A stretch of DNA of 62,829 bases, counting the filler, from Eubacteriales bacterium (GTDB lineage: Bacteria > Bacillota > Clostridia > Oscillospirales > CAG-382): assembly GCA_045636665.1 (NCBI GenBank). It is 10 parts of 10 records of this genome, joined end to end, with 100 filler letters (N's around TTAATTAATTAA, not from the genome) between each part and the next. Parts side by side here need not be neighbours in the genome. Positions count along the whole stretch, not along the records: positions 25,786 to 40,830 come from JAZTXY010000059.1; 9 more parts are not named here. One strand, 5' to 3'. The position numbers and the translations under genes are program-made. The notes beneath the pieces are model-generated. The model ran no database searches, was not told the DNA's origin, and saw nothing but the letters and a program-made list of their open reading frames with translations. Position 1 is the stretch's first letter. Every line of letters begins with the position of its first letter. Shown in pieces: positions 29,059 to 39,282 of this stretch.

Positions 29059-29894
29059 AACTAAACGCTTGTGCAAAAATAAACCTTACACTTGATATAA
29101 TCGGCATACTCGAAAACGGCTTTCACGCATTACGCTCGGTAATGGTGCCGATTTCGCTTTGCGATGAAATAGAACTCGAAATATCAAAGGATTTCGAGTT
29201 TTATTGTAATTTGCCCGAATTGGCAACAAACGATAACCTTTGCGTACGCGCGGCAAAATTGTTTTTTGAAGCAACGGGTATAAAGGAATCGGTTGCGATA
29301 AGACTGCAAAAAAACGTTCCCTTTCCTGCAGGACTCGGCGGCGGTTCTTCCGATGCCGCGGCGGTGTTAAGGGGAGTCAACGAGTTGTTCAATAATCCGC
29401 TTGACAAAAAAACACTTTTTGTGCTTGCCGAAAATTTGGGCTCCGACGTGCCGTTTTGCCTTCTTTCAAAGCCCGCGCTTTGCGAAGGGAGAGGGGAAGT
29501 GCTCACCCCGATAAAGGGCTTTCCCGAATTGGATATTGTGATAGCAATCGGAAGTGAACGTCTTTCGACACCGAGGGTGTTTAAAGAATACGATAAAATG
29601 CAGCTTCCGATCGAAAACAATACCGATAACCTTTTAACCGCGTTAAATTCTCAAGGAATCTATCAAGCGATTACAAAAACGGGCAACGCTTTTGAGCCTG
29701 TGACCGACATCCTTTCACCCGAAACAAGGCTATTGCGCGACGCGCTTATGTCAAACGGAGCGACCGTTTCGCATCTTTCGGGAAGCGGACCTTCGGTATA
29801 CGGTGTGTTTGAAAACGGCGAAAAGGCAAGCAATGCCGCAAAAATATTGCAAAGCAAGGGATATTTTGCCGTTTCCTGTAAAACGGTTATTTAA
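29055..29894 (+). CDS. ispE: 4-diphosphocytidyl-2-C-methyl-D-erythritol kinase
   Basis: AKINLTLDI, AGLGGGSSDAAA, GSDVPFC, SGSGPSVYG. Confidence 0.95.
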   Translation: MKLNACAKINLTLDIIGILENGFHALRSVMVPISLCDEIELEISKDFEFYCNLPELATNDNLCVRAAKLFFEATGIKESVAIRLQKNVPFPAGLGGGSSDAAAVLRGVNELFNNPLDKKTLFVLAENLGSDVPFCLLSKPALCEGRGEVLTPIKGFPELDIVIAIGSERLSTPRVFKEYDKMQLPIENNTDNLLTALNSQGIYQAITKTGNAFEPVTDILSPETRLLRDALMSNGATVSHLSGSGPSVYGVFENGEKASNAAKILQSKGYFAVSCKTVI

Positions 29895-29902
29895 AAAAAG
29901 AC

Positions 29903-29933
29903 GTATAATTTTCCTTTTTCGTGGGCAACAATC
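29903..29933 (+). promoter_or_regulatory. Probable sigma-F (forespore) promoter of spoIIR
   Basis: GTATA-N16-GGCAACAAT resembles the sigma-F consensus; spoIIR is a known sigma-F target. Confidence 0.5.
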
Positions 29934-29959
29934 AGGCATAACGAAAAAGGAGAAAACAT

Positions 29960-30529
29960 ATGAAAACAAAACTTATCGCACTCTTTTGCGCCTGCTTCAT
30001 TTTGCTTACCGCAGTCGATACCCTTATTCCGCGAAGCGAGGGTAAGGTGTTCGACAACGTAATTCGTTTGCATATTCTCGCGTATGACAACAGCGAGGAA
30101 GCGCAAAGCATAAAGCTTTTGGTGCGCGATGCAATACTTCAAGAGTGCGGCGATATTTTTTCGGCTTCGGGCGATATAATTGCCGCCGAGGAAAGCTTGA
30201 CCGAAAATATAGCGAGAATCGAAGAAATTTCAAACCGTGTTCTTTCCGAAAACGGCGCGAATTACAAAGCGACCGCGGAATTGGGCAACGAAGATTATCC
30301 GACAAGGGAATACGAAGAATTTTCGCTCCCTGCGGGAAATTACAAGTCGTTAAGAGTAAAGCTTGGCGAAGCAAAGGGAAACAATTGGTGGTGCATCCTG
30401 TTTCCTCCGCTTTGCACAAAGGCATCTTCGGATTTAACCGATTCGGGAATAACCGAAAAAGATACCGAGGTTTTCAAAAAACCGAAATACAAATTCCGTT
30501 TTAAACTACTTGAGCTTTTTGGAGGATAA
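29960..30529 (+). CDS. spoIIR: Stage II sporulation protein R
   Basis: IRLHILA..NS..Q..KL.VRD, YPTREY..LPAG.Y, G.NWWCILFPPLC. Confidence 0.95.
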   Translation: MKTKLIALFCACFILLTAVDTLIPRSEGKVFDNVIRLHILAYDNSEEAQSIKLLVRDAILQECGDIFSASGDIIAAEESLTENIARIEEISNRVLSENGANYKATAELGNEDYPTREYEEFSLPAGNYKSLRVKLGEAKGNNWWCILFPPLCTKASSDLTDSGITEKDTEVFKKPKYKFRFKLLELFGG

Positions 30530-30531
30530 CT

Positions 30532-33500
30532 ATGTTACACCGCATCGTCGGTGCTTCGGGCAGCGGCAAGACCGAATATATGCTTGACCGCCTGAGCGAA
30601 GCGTTGAAAAAGGGCAGAGAATGCTGCGTTATCGTACCCGAACAACAATCTGTTTCTTATGAAGCGGTTCTTTGCGAACGCTTTGGCGACGGTGTAAACC
30701 TTCTGTGCGAGGTTCTTAATTTCGAGCGTCTTCCAAACCGCATCGCGCGTGATTACGGCGGACTTTGTGTTAATACTGTTGATAAAGGGGGCGCTTGCGC
30801 CCATTTGTCGCTTGTGTCGGAATCTTTAAAGGATCAATTGACCGAGTATTCGCTCGTTGCGTCCGATTCGGATTTTGCGACCTCGCTTTATTCGCTCGTT
30901 TCAAGAATGAAAATGGCGCTTATCACACCGCAAAAGCTGTATGACGCATTGAAAAACGAAACGCTTGAAAACGATACACGAGTCAAAAGCAAGCTGAGTG
31001 ACATTGCGCTTATTTATTCGGAATACGAAAAAAGGTTTAAGGACGAATTAAAGGAACCGCGCGATGCCTTGACAGTGCTTGCGGAAGAGCTTGCGAACAA
31101 GCCGTTTTTTAAAAACAAATGCGTTTTTATCGACAATTATTACACATTTACCGAGCAAGAATACGCGATAATCAAGGAAATTATTGCCCAAAGCAAGGAT
31201 ACGTATATTTCGTTTACCGTCGATTACAATCGCGCGTTTTTTGAAGAAAACCGCAAGGCGAGCGAGCGTGTGCTCGCGCTTGCTCATAACGTATCCGACG
31301 ATTATTTTACCGGCGAATCAAAACGAAGCAGATTTGAATCGCTTAAATACATAGAAAGAAATATTTGGGAAAGCAACGTTGATGCGTCGGACGCAGATGA
31401 CGGCGCTGTTAAGCTGATAACCGCAAAAAACCGTTTCGAGGAGGTCGAAGCCGCCGCAAGCGAAATATGCTCGCTTGTAAGGTCGGGCTACCGTTATCGT
31501 GATATTACCGTAATCGCAAGCAACGCATCAAATTATGCCTCGTTGGTCGATTCGGTTTTTGCTCGCGCAGACATACCGGTCTATACCTCGGCAAAGGAAG
31601 AGCTTACGGCAAAGCCGTTGTTTGCCTTTCTTTTGGCGAGTATTTCGGTCGTGATCGAGGATTTTTCGTTCAAGAGCATTAAAAGATACGTTAAAAGCGG
31701 ATATGCCGACCTATCGATTGCCGAAAGCGACGTGCTTTTAAGCTATGCCAAATCGTGGAAGCTTCGCGGAAAAGCGTGGTATAGCGACAGCGAATGGACT
31801 CTCGACCCCGAAGGATACCGCGAGGGTGACCTTACCAAACGCGGCGCAAGGATGCTTAAGACCGCAAATGCCGCGCGTGATAAAATCGTGCCTGCGCTTT
31901 CTGCACTGCGTGACACCTTAACTCAAAAGGACTTAACCGTTTCCAAGGCGTTAAGAGCGCTTTACAATCATTTAATTGCGCTCGGTGCCGATGAACGGCT
32001 TCGCAAAAATGCCGAAAGGTATCTTAAAAACGGTGACCGCGAGCAAAGTGAACGCGAAGTCCAGCTTTGGAAGATACTTATTAATATAATAGATCAGCTT
32101 GATACTCTTGTCGGCGATTGGAATATCACACCCAAGCGCTTGCAATCGCTGATAAAGCTTATGTGCGAGTGTGTAGGGCTCGGAGCTATCCCCGCAAGCG
32201 TCGATTCGGTAACCTTTGGCGATGCGGCTCTTATCCGCGCAAACGGAAGCAAGGCGGTTATCGTGCTTGGCATTTGCGACGGCGAGTTTCCTGCCGCGTG
32301 CCGTACGGGCGGATTTTTCAACAGCGACGAGGCGGTTTCGCTCGAAGGTGTCGGCTTACAGCTTGCCGATACCTTGGACAAGCAATTGAATACAAACCGA
32401 TTTTTGGTTTATTCCGCATTTTCCGCACCGAGCGAAAGGCTTGTGCTTCTCTCGCCGCGCAGTGAAATTACGGGCGGAGAGCTAAGACGCTCAAGCGCAT
32501 GGCTGTCTTTGGAAAAAATGCTGCCTGCATTAAAAGAAAAGACAACCGAATTTTCAAGCGAAACGACTCTATATTCACGCGAATCGGTTGCCGCAAACTT
32601 TCCTTTGTTGGAAAAGGGAATTTTGCGTGATGAGATAGAACAGGCGTTAAAAAATCAAAACCAGCCCTATTTTGCCGAGCAGCCGCGTGTTTGCGATAAG
32701 GAGTCGCGGATAGATTTCAAAGGAGATTTGCTTAATCTTTCTCCGTCGAAGTTTGAAAAATATGCAAATTGTCCGTTTTCCTTCTTCGGCAATTATCTGC
32801 TGAATCTTGAAGAAAAGAAGATAAATGAGTTTTCGGCATCCGAAATAGGAAATTTCGTGCATAAAATGCTCGAGCTTTTCCTTCGAGAATGCATCAAAAA
32901 CGGTTCTTTTACCGTGCCCGATGAAGCCGAAAGAAAAAACATTATAAACCGTCTTTCCGATAATTATCTGAATTTGGTTTTGGGTCCCGATGCCGCAAAC
33001 GACAAGCAATTTATGCATACCTATAACAATATGGTCAAAACCGTTTCGTTTGCAGCGGAAAACCTTTGCAAAGAGTTTTCAAAAAGCAAATTCGTTCCCA
33101 CCGGATTCGAATACAGCTTCGGGCTTAAAAACGAGGATATGCCTGCGATTCAATATGACGTAAACGGCAAAAAGGTCTTTCTTCGCGGCTCAATCGACCG
33201 TGTTGATACCTATGAAACAAACGGAAAAAAATACGTTCGTGTTGTCGATTACAAGACCTATGACAAGGATTTTGTCACCGAAAAGGTAGCGCACGGACTT
33301 GACACCCAGCTTTTGCACTATCTTTACGCATATTGCGAAAGGAACAATACAAATCCTGCAGGTGTTTCGTATTACGGCGTAACGCTTCCGAACGTAAACG
33401 TTACTGCGCGTGAATCGGATTTAGAGCTTGAAAAAGAAATTACCAAGACTATTAAACGAAGCGGTATCGTTATCGACGATATCGAAATAGTTCGCGCAAT

Positions 33501-33804
33501 GAGTGACGATTTTTCGACAACCCCCGCAAAGCTCAAAAAAGCAACGAAAAAAGAGCCCGAAAAGCTTTACACAAAAAGTAAATCAAAGCGCATATTCTCG
33601 GAAGAAGATTTCGATGAATTAAAAACAACGCTCCAAGACGGAATGAAAAATATGGCATCCGACGTATTTTGCGGAAGGATGGACATATCGCCGTTGGATT
33701 TGGAGGATTTCAAAGCCGAGCCCTGCAAATACTGCAAATTAGGCGATCTCTGCCGCAACAAACAAAAGGAAACGGAGGATATCGACAATGACGATGAAGA
33801 TTGA
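30532..33804 (+). CDS. addB: ATP-dependent helicase/nuclease subunit B
   Basis: GASGSGKT, IVPEQ, Fe-S staple Cys (YANCPF ... CKYC...C), nuclease GSIDRVD...VVDYKT. Confidence 0.9.
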   Translation: MLHRIVGASGSGKTEYMLDRLSEALKKGRECCVIVPEQQSVSYEAVLCERFGDGVNLLCEVLNFERLPNRIARDYGGLCVNTVDKGGACAHLSLVSESLKDQLTEYSLVASDSDFATSLYSLVSRMKMALITPQKLYDALKNETLENDTRVKSKLSDIALIYSEYEKRFKDELKEPRDALTVLAEELANKPFFKNKCVFIDNYYTFTEQEYAIIKEIIAQSKDTYISFTVDYNRAFFEENRKASERVLALAHNVSDDYFTGESKRSRFESLKYIERNIWESNVDASDADDGAVKLITAKNRFEEVEAAASEICSLVRSGYRYRDITVIASNASNYASLVDSVFARADIPVYTSAKEELTAKPLFAFLLASISVVIEDFSFKSIKRYVKSGYADLSIAESDVLLSYAKSWKLRGKAWYSDSEWTLDPEGYREGDLTKRGARMLKTANAARDKIVPALSALRDTLTQKDLTVSKALRALYNHLIALGADERLRKNAERYLKNGDREQSEREVQLWKILINIIDQLDTLVGDWNITPKRLQSLIKLMCECVGLGAIPASVDSVTFGDAALIRANGSKAVIVLGICDGEFPAACRTGGFFNSDEAVSLEGVGLQLADTLDKQLNTNRFLVYSAFSAPSERLVLLSPRSEITGGELRRSSAWLSLEKMLPALKEKTTEFSSETTLYSRESVAANFPLLEKGILRDEIEQALKNQNQPYFAEQPRVCDKESRIDFKGDLLNLSPSKFEKYANCPFSFFGNYLLNLEEKKINEFSASEIGNFVHKMLELFLRECIKNGSFTVPDEAERKNIINRLSDNYLNLVLGPDAANDKQFMHTYNNMVKTVSFAAENLCKEFSKSKFVPTGFEYSFGLKNEDMPAIQYDVNGKKVFLRGSIDRVDTYETNGKKYVRVVDYKTYDKDFVTEKVAHGLDTQLLHYLYAYCERNNTNPAGVSYYGVTLPNVNVTARESDLELEKEITKTIKRSGIVIDDIEIVRAMSDDFSTTPAKLKKATKKEPEKLYTKSKSKRIFSEEDFDELKTTLQDGMKNMASDVFCGRMDISPLDLEDFKAEPCKYCKLGDLCRNKQKETEDIDNDDED

Positions 33805-36800
33805 AGATTTTACACCAAAGCAACAGCAAGCAATCGTCACGCGCGATAAGGATCTGCTCGTAAGCGCAGGCGCGGGTAGCGGTAAAACTACCGTTCTTAC
33901 TCGCCGTCTTATCGAGAGAATCAAGTCGGGCGAATCGGTCACCGATTTCCTTGTCGTAACCTTTATGAAGGCTGCGGCGGCAGACGTAAAAAGCAAGCTT
34001 TACGATGCGCTTTTGGAGGAAAGCGCGCTCGATCCCCAAAACAAGCATCTTTTTCGTCAATCTCTGCTCGTTTCCGAGGCAAATATCTGCACAATATCCT
34101 CCTATTGTCTTAATCTTGTTAAAGAAAATTTTGCGCTTTTGGGAGTATCGCCTCACGTTCGCGTTATGGATGACGTTGAAGAAGCGATGCTTCTGCGCCG
34201 CGTTACCGAAGAATTGATTTCCAAGGGCTACGAAAGCGGCGACAGCGAGTTTTTAACCTTTGCCGATAATTTTACCGGCGATAAAAGCGACGATTCGCTT
34301 GCCGAAACGATGATGAAGCTTTACAATACAATGCGCGTAACGCTTAATAGGGAGGAAACGTTACTCGCTTGTGCCGATGAATTGCTAAAAGAGGCAGAAA
34401 TCATTCGCAACGACGGATTTTTTGCATCAAACACCGGCAAGGATATACAAAAACGTCTTTGCGCCTTTTACGATGAATTTATCGAGGACGCAAACGATAT
34501 TTATGCTTATGCCGCTACCGTTGCGTATGACGATGCTTATCTTGAACCGTTGGAGAAGCTAATTAATGCGTTTGAATCGGTCAGAATCGCGATTAATGAT
34601 AATTATGTAAACTATTGTGCTTTGGCAGAAAGCTCCTTTGAAATAAAACTGTCATCAAAAGGATGCGACAAGCCCTTTAGCGAAGAAGTTAAAGATTCAA
34701 AAAGCAATCTTATGAAAAGGCATCAAAAGGTCATCGACCGATATATTCGCGGAAACGATGAATATAATGCCCAAAGCTTCGAAAAATGCGCCTCTCTTGT
34801 GTTACAAATCAATAGCTTTTTAAATGAAATCGAAAAGGCGTATACTGCGGAAAAACGTGAAAACGGGGTTCTCGACTATACCGATTTTGAGAAAAAATCA
34901 TTGGAATTGCTTGAAGCTCAAGATGAAAACGGCGTTTTTTATCCTACCGAGCTTTGTCTTAAAAAGCAAAGCGAGTTTAAAGAAATCCTTATCGACGAAT
35001 ATCAAGACGTTAACCCGATGCAGGACCGCATTTTTACTCTGCTTTCGGGAAAAAGCCAACGCTTTATGGTTGGCGATGTCAAGCAAAGTATTTATCGCTT
35101 TCGTAATGCCTATCCCGATATTTTCCTTAATTACAAGGATGAGTTTGCCGATATCGACAACTCCGAAGGTAAAGCAAACGCCTGCATTTTCCTGCGCGAA
35201 AACTTCAGATGCAGTGAATCTGTTATAGATTATGTAAACTATTTGTTCGAATCGGTAACCAAGGATACTCAATATTACCGCGAATATGACGGCGAATGGC
35301 TTATTCACGCATCGAAAAGAATTGACAGAAAGCATCCCGTTGTTATTGCGATATCCGAAAAGAAGGAAAGAAAAGCGACCGATGCCCGCAGAGCCGAAGC
35401 CGAGTTTATCGCTCGGGAAATTTTGCGCCTTAAAAACGAAGAATGCGCATCTGACGGCAGGGAATATAAATATGCCGATTTTGCCGTTATGCTCGGCGCG
35501 ATGAAGGGCTATTCGATTGAATACGAAAAAGCTTTCAATAAGTTTGGGATACCCTATAAAACCGAAACGAGTGAAAATTTTCTCGACAACCCCGATATAC
35601 GTCTTGCTGTTTCGGCATTAAAAGCAATCGATGACCCGACCGACGATATTTCGCTTTGCGCCTTGATGCGAAGCCCGATATGCAATTTCACTTCAAATGA
35701 GCTTTACAAAATTCGATACCATTTAAAGGACGTTGCGTTTTGGTCTGCCGTCAATAAAACGGCAAAGCCCGACGCAAAGAGGATTTGCAACAAAAAATTC
35801 ACCTTTATAACGAAAAAAGGTGAAAAATCTCTTGCCGTTAAATGTAAAAGCTTTATAAAAACGCTTATGAATTGGCGGAATGAAAGCACGGGTGTGCCCT
35901 GCTGTGAATTTCTTAAGAGCTTTTATATTTCGTCGGGCTTGCTTCGTATTGCCTCCACAACCGGCAACAAAAAAAGCCTTGAACTGCTTTTTGATTATGC
36001 AAGCCGTTTTGAAAGCACTAAAAACGTAGGTCTTTCAAGCTTTTTGGACTATCTTGAGGAGCTTTCCTCAAACGACCGCGAAATTTCCGATGCGGCTAAA
36101 TCGGGCGATGAGGATGCGGTTTCCTTTATCACCGTACATAAGTCAAAGGGGCTTGAATTTAACGTATGCTTCCTTGCGGGTATACAAAAGCTCTTCCGTA
36201 AGGGTGGCAAAAGCGACCGAATTACCGTTACACGCGGAAAAGGCATCAGCTTCACGCTTCGCGACCGCGAAAGCTTTACGACCTTTGACCCACTTTGTAA
36301 TATCAATGCGGTCGATAAAGAACGTGAATCTGCGCTCGGCGAAGAGCTTCGTAAGCTTTACGTTGCGCTCACCCGTGCGAAGGAGCGGCTTTATATCAGC
36401 GGCAGTGCGGATGAGGGCTGGAATGAAAAAAGGTATACCAAAAACTCCTTTGCAAGCTGGTTGGATATGATTCTTTATTCTGCCGTCGGAAAAGAGGATT
36501 TGCCGTTTTTCACACTGCGCGTTATCGGTGAAGCCGACGGTGTTGGCGGTTACCGAGCGGAAAAGGCGAAAAAAGCCTTGATGCCCACCTCTGAAATGAT
36601 CGATATCGTTAATTTCCGCTATCCGTTTGAAAAGGCGATTACGACCGCAAAGAAAATTTCGGTTTCCGAGCTTCGCGAGGGTCTTCTTGAGGACGATGAA
36701 TATGACCGCAGTTTACTTTCGGTTCCATTTTCACGCGTTTCGATGCGCCCTGCGTTTGCCGATGCGTCAAGTCGGTCGGCGGCTGATATCGGTACCGCAA

Positions 36801-37261
36801 ACCACCAGTTTATGCAATTTTGCAGCTTCGATAACATTAAATATAACGGCATTCAAGAAGAAGCAAAGCGTCTTTTGGATATTAAAATGATAACCGAACA
36901 GCAATTTTGTATGCTTGATTTTAATGCGTTGCAAAGCTTTTTCCAAAGTGGGTTATATGCCGAAATGACAGCATCTAAAAAGCTTTACCGAGAAAAACGT
37001 TTTTCGATAAGCGATATTTTGGACAGCAGCGGCGAAAGTCTGCTCGTTCAAGGTGTTATCGACTGCTTCTTTGAAAACCCCGACGGCACTTACACCATAG
37101 TCGATTATAAAACCGACCGCGTGCGTACCGCAAACGAGCTTATCGAAAGGCATCGCGTTCAGATTTCGTATTACCGTCGAGCTGTTGAGCGTATGACGGG
37201 ATGCAAGGTCAGCAAATGTCTGCTTTACTCCTTTGCGCTTAATTGTGAGGTCGAGGTATGA
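33788..37261 (+). CDS. addA: ATP-dependent helicase/nuclease subunit A
   Basis: VSAGAGSGKT, DEYQD, VGDVKQSIYRFR, TVHKSKGLEF, YVALTRAKE, QGVIDC...DYKTD. Confidence 0.93.
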   Translation: MTMKIEDFTPKQQQAIVTRDKDLLVSAGAGSGKTTVLTRRLIERIKSGESVTDFLVVTFMKAAAADVKSKLYDALLEESALDPQNKHLFRQSLLVSEANICTISSYCLNLVKENFALLGVSPHVRVMDDVEEAMLLRRVTEELISKGYESGDSEFLTFADNFTGDKSDDSLAETMMKLYNTMRVTLNREETLLACADELLKEAEIIRNDGFFASNTGKDIQKRLCAFYDEFIEDANDIYAYAATVAYDDAYLEPLEKLINAFESVRIAINDNYVNYCALAESSFEIKLSSKGCDKPFSEEVKDSKSNLMKRHQKVIDRYIRGNDEYNAQSFEKCASLVLQINSFLNEIEKAYTAEKRENGVLDYTDFEKKSLELLEAQDENGVFYPTELCLKKQSEFKEILIDEYQDVNPMQDRIFTLLSGKSQRFMVGDVKQSIYRFRNAYPDIFLNYKDEFADIDNSEGKANACIFLRENFRCSESVIDYVNYLFESVTKDTQYYREYDGEWLIHASKRIDRKHPVVIAISEKKERKATDARRAEAEFIAREILRLKNEECASDGREYKYADFAVMLGAMKGYSIEYEKAFNKFGIPYKTETSENFLDNPDIRLAVSALKAIDDPTDDISLCALMRSPICNFTSNELYKIRYHLKDVAFWSAVNKTAKPDAKRICNKKFTFITKKGEKSLAVKCKSFIKTLMNWRNESTGVPCCEFLKSFYISSGLLRIASTTGNKKSLELLFDYASRFESTKNVGLSSFLDYLEELSSNDREISDAAKSGDEDAVSFITVHKSKGLEFNVCFLAGIQKLFRKGGKSDRITVTRGKGISFTLRDRESFTTFDPLCNINAVDKERESALGEELRKLYVALTRAKERLYISGSADEGWNEKRYTKNSFASWLDMILYSAVGKEDLPFFTLRVIGEADGVGGYRAEKAKKALMPTSEMIDIVNFRYPFEKAITTAKKISVSELREGLLEDDEYDRSLLSVPFSRVSMRPAFADASSRSAADIGTANHQFMQFCSFDNIKYNGIQEEAKRLLDIKMITEQQFCMLDFNALQSFFQSGLYAEMTASKKLYREKRFSISDILDSSGESLLVQGVIDCFFENPDGTYTIVDYKTDRVRTANELIERHRVQISYYRRAVERMTGCKVSKCLLYSFALNCEVEV

Positions 37262-37662
37262 TTCGAAGGAAATCGCTTTATCCGATAACCGTAAAGCTTT
37301 TGCAGGACGATAAAGACGGAGTAATCGAGGTTTTCAAAAAGGTTTGTCCGCACAAGGGCGGATTTATCGGTGTTTGCGAGCTAAAGGGTTGCTTTTCGTG
37401 GGAAAACGTCGGCGAAACCTTCGATTCACTGGCCATAGGCGAGGTGCTTTTGGCAGTGCAAAGCGAATCGGCAAAATCCCTTCAGCCGCTTAACGTCATT
37501 AAAAACGACGGAAGCGTTTTGGGTTATCTGCCGTATGCCGAATCGGTGTTGCCGAATATGCTGTTGAAAAGAGGAATTAAGGTGCTTTGCTACGTCGAAG
37601 CAAAAGAATTCAACGGCGGTATGCCATCGGTTGCGGTTTCAATCTATTCGCAAGACTACTAA
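37258..37662 (+). CDS. HIRAN-like domain protein (degenerate)
   Basis: L.IGEVLL...V...DG.VLGYLP...LL.RG pattern; ATGA overlap with addA. Confidence 0.55.
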   Translation: MIRRKSLYPITVKLLQDDKDGVIEVFKKVCPHKGGFIGVCELKGCFSWENVGETFDSLAIGEVLLAVQSESAKSLQPLNVIKNDGSVLGYLPYAESVLPNMLLKRGIKVLCYVEAKEFNGGMPSVAVSIYSQDY

Positions 37663-37665
37663 TAA

Positions 37666-37722
37666 AAAATGTCAACCTGCTGTTATGCGTAGGTTGACAT
37701 TTTGGTTTTATTATGTTATATT
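37666..37722 (+). promoter_or_regulatory. BirA operator overlapping the bioY sigma-A promoter
   Basis: AAAATGTCAACCT-N12-AGGTTGACATTTT; TTGACA (37694-37699)-N17-TATATT with TG extension. Confidence 0.85.
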
Positions 37723-37747
37723 CTTTAAAAGAAAGGAAGTGCAACGA

Positions 37748-38290
37748 TTGAAAACACGCAAAAAAATTAAAAACATAACGATGACGGCGCTTGGCGTTGT
37801 GTTACTTGCGATTTGCTCGTGGATTTCAATCGCGGGCGTAACGCTCCAAACCTTCGGAGTTTTCTTTCTTCTTGCCTTTTACGGCGCAAAGCGCGGTACT
37901 ATTACGGTTTTCGTTTATCTGTTAACGGGTGCGTTGGGCATACCTGTATTTTCGGGCTTTGGCGGAGGAATCGGTTGGATTTTGGGCCCTACGGGCGGTT
38001 TTCTTCTCGGTTTCCTTGCGGTAGGGATGCTGCACATTCTCGCCGAGGCTTGTATCCCCAAAATTGCGCCGCGTCTTTTTGTCAAAATACCGTTATCGGT
38101 AATCAGCGTTTTGTGTTGCTATTTGTGCGGCGCCTGCTCTATGTATTACTATTACCTTCAAAACGGCTCAAGCGTTTCGTTTTCAGGCGTTTTTTTAGGC
38201 TTTATAGTGCTTTACGGCATTTTCGATGCGGTAAAGATAGTAATTGCTTGCATACTTGCAAGATATGTAAGTAAAATCAAGCCAATTTGA
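37748..38290 (+). CDS. bioY: Biotin transporter BioY
   Basis: TLQTFGV, YLLTGALGIPVFSG..GG...GPTGGFLLGF, FDAVK; TTG start after AAGGAAG. Confidence 0.92.
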   Translation: MKTRKKIKNITMTALGVVLLAICSWISIAGVTLQTFGVFFLLAFYGAKRGTITVFVYLLTGALGIPVFSGFGGGIGWILGPTGGFLLGFLAVGMLHILAEACIPKIAPRLFVKIPLSVISVLCCYLCGACSMYYYYLQNGSSVSFSGVFLGFIVLYGIFDAVKIVIACILARYVSKIKPI

Positions 38291-39230
38291 CGCTGATTTC
38301 ACCGCTGTTGAGAATCATTTTTTCACCCGAATCGCAAATGACCTCCAATTCGCCGTTATCGTGAATCGCAACTGCTTTTGCTTGATACTGTATTCCGTTA
38401 CGGTTGAAATTAACGGTCTTTCCGAGCACAAGCGAATATTCGCGGTATCGATTCATAAACGTCTTATCGGGTAAGGTACTGCAAAGCTCGTTAAGACGCG
38501 AATAAATATCGGCAACGAGCGCGCAACGGTCCAATTTCACACCGACGGATGCCGCAATGCTTTTCAGTTCATCGGGAAAGGATTCTGTCGTAAGGTTAAT
38601 ACCGATGCCGACGATGACCGCATCGACTCTGCCGCTTTCAAAGTCGGAGATCGCCTCGGTAAGTATACCGCAGACCTTGTAATTATCGATGAAAATATCA
38701 TTCACCCATTTAATCAATGGGTGTTTTTTTGTTGCGGCTTTAAGCGATTCGCAAACCGCAACGGCGGCTGCCGAGGTAATAGCGGTGGAATCGGCAAGCG
38801 AAACCTCGGGATGCAAAACGCAGGAAAAATAAATTCCGTGCTCTTTCGGGGAATAAAAGCTTCTGCCGTGTCTGCCTCTGCCTGCGGTCTGTTCGTTTGC
38901 GACAAACAATGCGTTGCTTGTCAAACCGTCTGTGACCGCCTTCTTTGCCTCTGTATTGGTCGATTGAATGACTTGGAAAACCCTTACGTCGACGCTTGAA
39001 TCGTTCATATAAGCGCGTATAGCGCCTTCGGTAAGCGTTCCGTTATTGCTGTTGAGCCGATGACCGAGATTGTTGACAGAGGTGATATCAAAGCCCTCGT
39101 CTTTAAGGGCGTTAACGCATTTAAAGACGGCACTTCGCGAAACGTTTTCGCTTTTTGCAATTTCTTGTCCCGAAACAAATTCGCCGCGCTTTGACGTAAG
39201 CATAAAAATGATTTTATCGCGCAAGGTCAT
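38277..39230 (-). CDS. birA: Bifunctional biotin ligase/repressor BirA (class II with wHTH)
   Basis: VSGQEIA...VSRSAV.K, STN, QTAGRGRHGR, KWVND, KVCGILTE, GIGIN, SGEIS. Confidence 0.96.
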   Translation of the reverse strand: MTLRDKIIFMLTSKRGEFVSGQEIAKSENVSRSAVFKCVNALKDEGFDITSVNNLGHRLNSNNGTLTEGAIRAYMNDSSVDVRVFQVIQSTNTEAKKAVTDGLTSNALFVANEQTAGRGRHGRSFYSPKEHGIYFSCVLHPEVSLADSTAITSAAAVAVCESLKAATKKHPLIKWVNDIFIDNYKVCGILTEAISDFESGRVDAVIVGIGINLTTESFPDELKSIAASVGVKLDRCALVADIYSRLNELCSTLPDKTFMNRYREYSLVLGKTVNFNRNGIQYQAKAVAIHDNGELEVICDSGEKMILNSGEISVKLA

Positions 39231-39254
39231 AAAATTTCACTTCCTTTAAAAAGC

Positions 39255-39275
39255 AAAAGCCCGAAATTCGGGCTT
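39255..39275 (-). terminator. Probable terminator
   Basis: AAGCCCGA-aat-TCGGGCTT with T tract on the minus strand. Confidence 0.55.
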
Positions 39276-39282
39276 ATTGTGC

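Noticed and set aside
30532..37261. Helicase plus PD-(D/E)XK nuclease pair as an anti-phage defence system
   Set aside because: Order, size, motifs and Fe-S staple cysteines match housekeeping AddBA, in a core-gene context.
37666..37703. Inverted repeat as the terminator of the addBA operon
   Set aside because: The sequence matches the BirA operator and overlaps the bioY -35 box. A secondary terminator role cannot be excluded.
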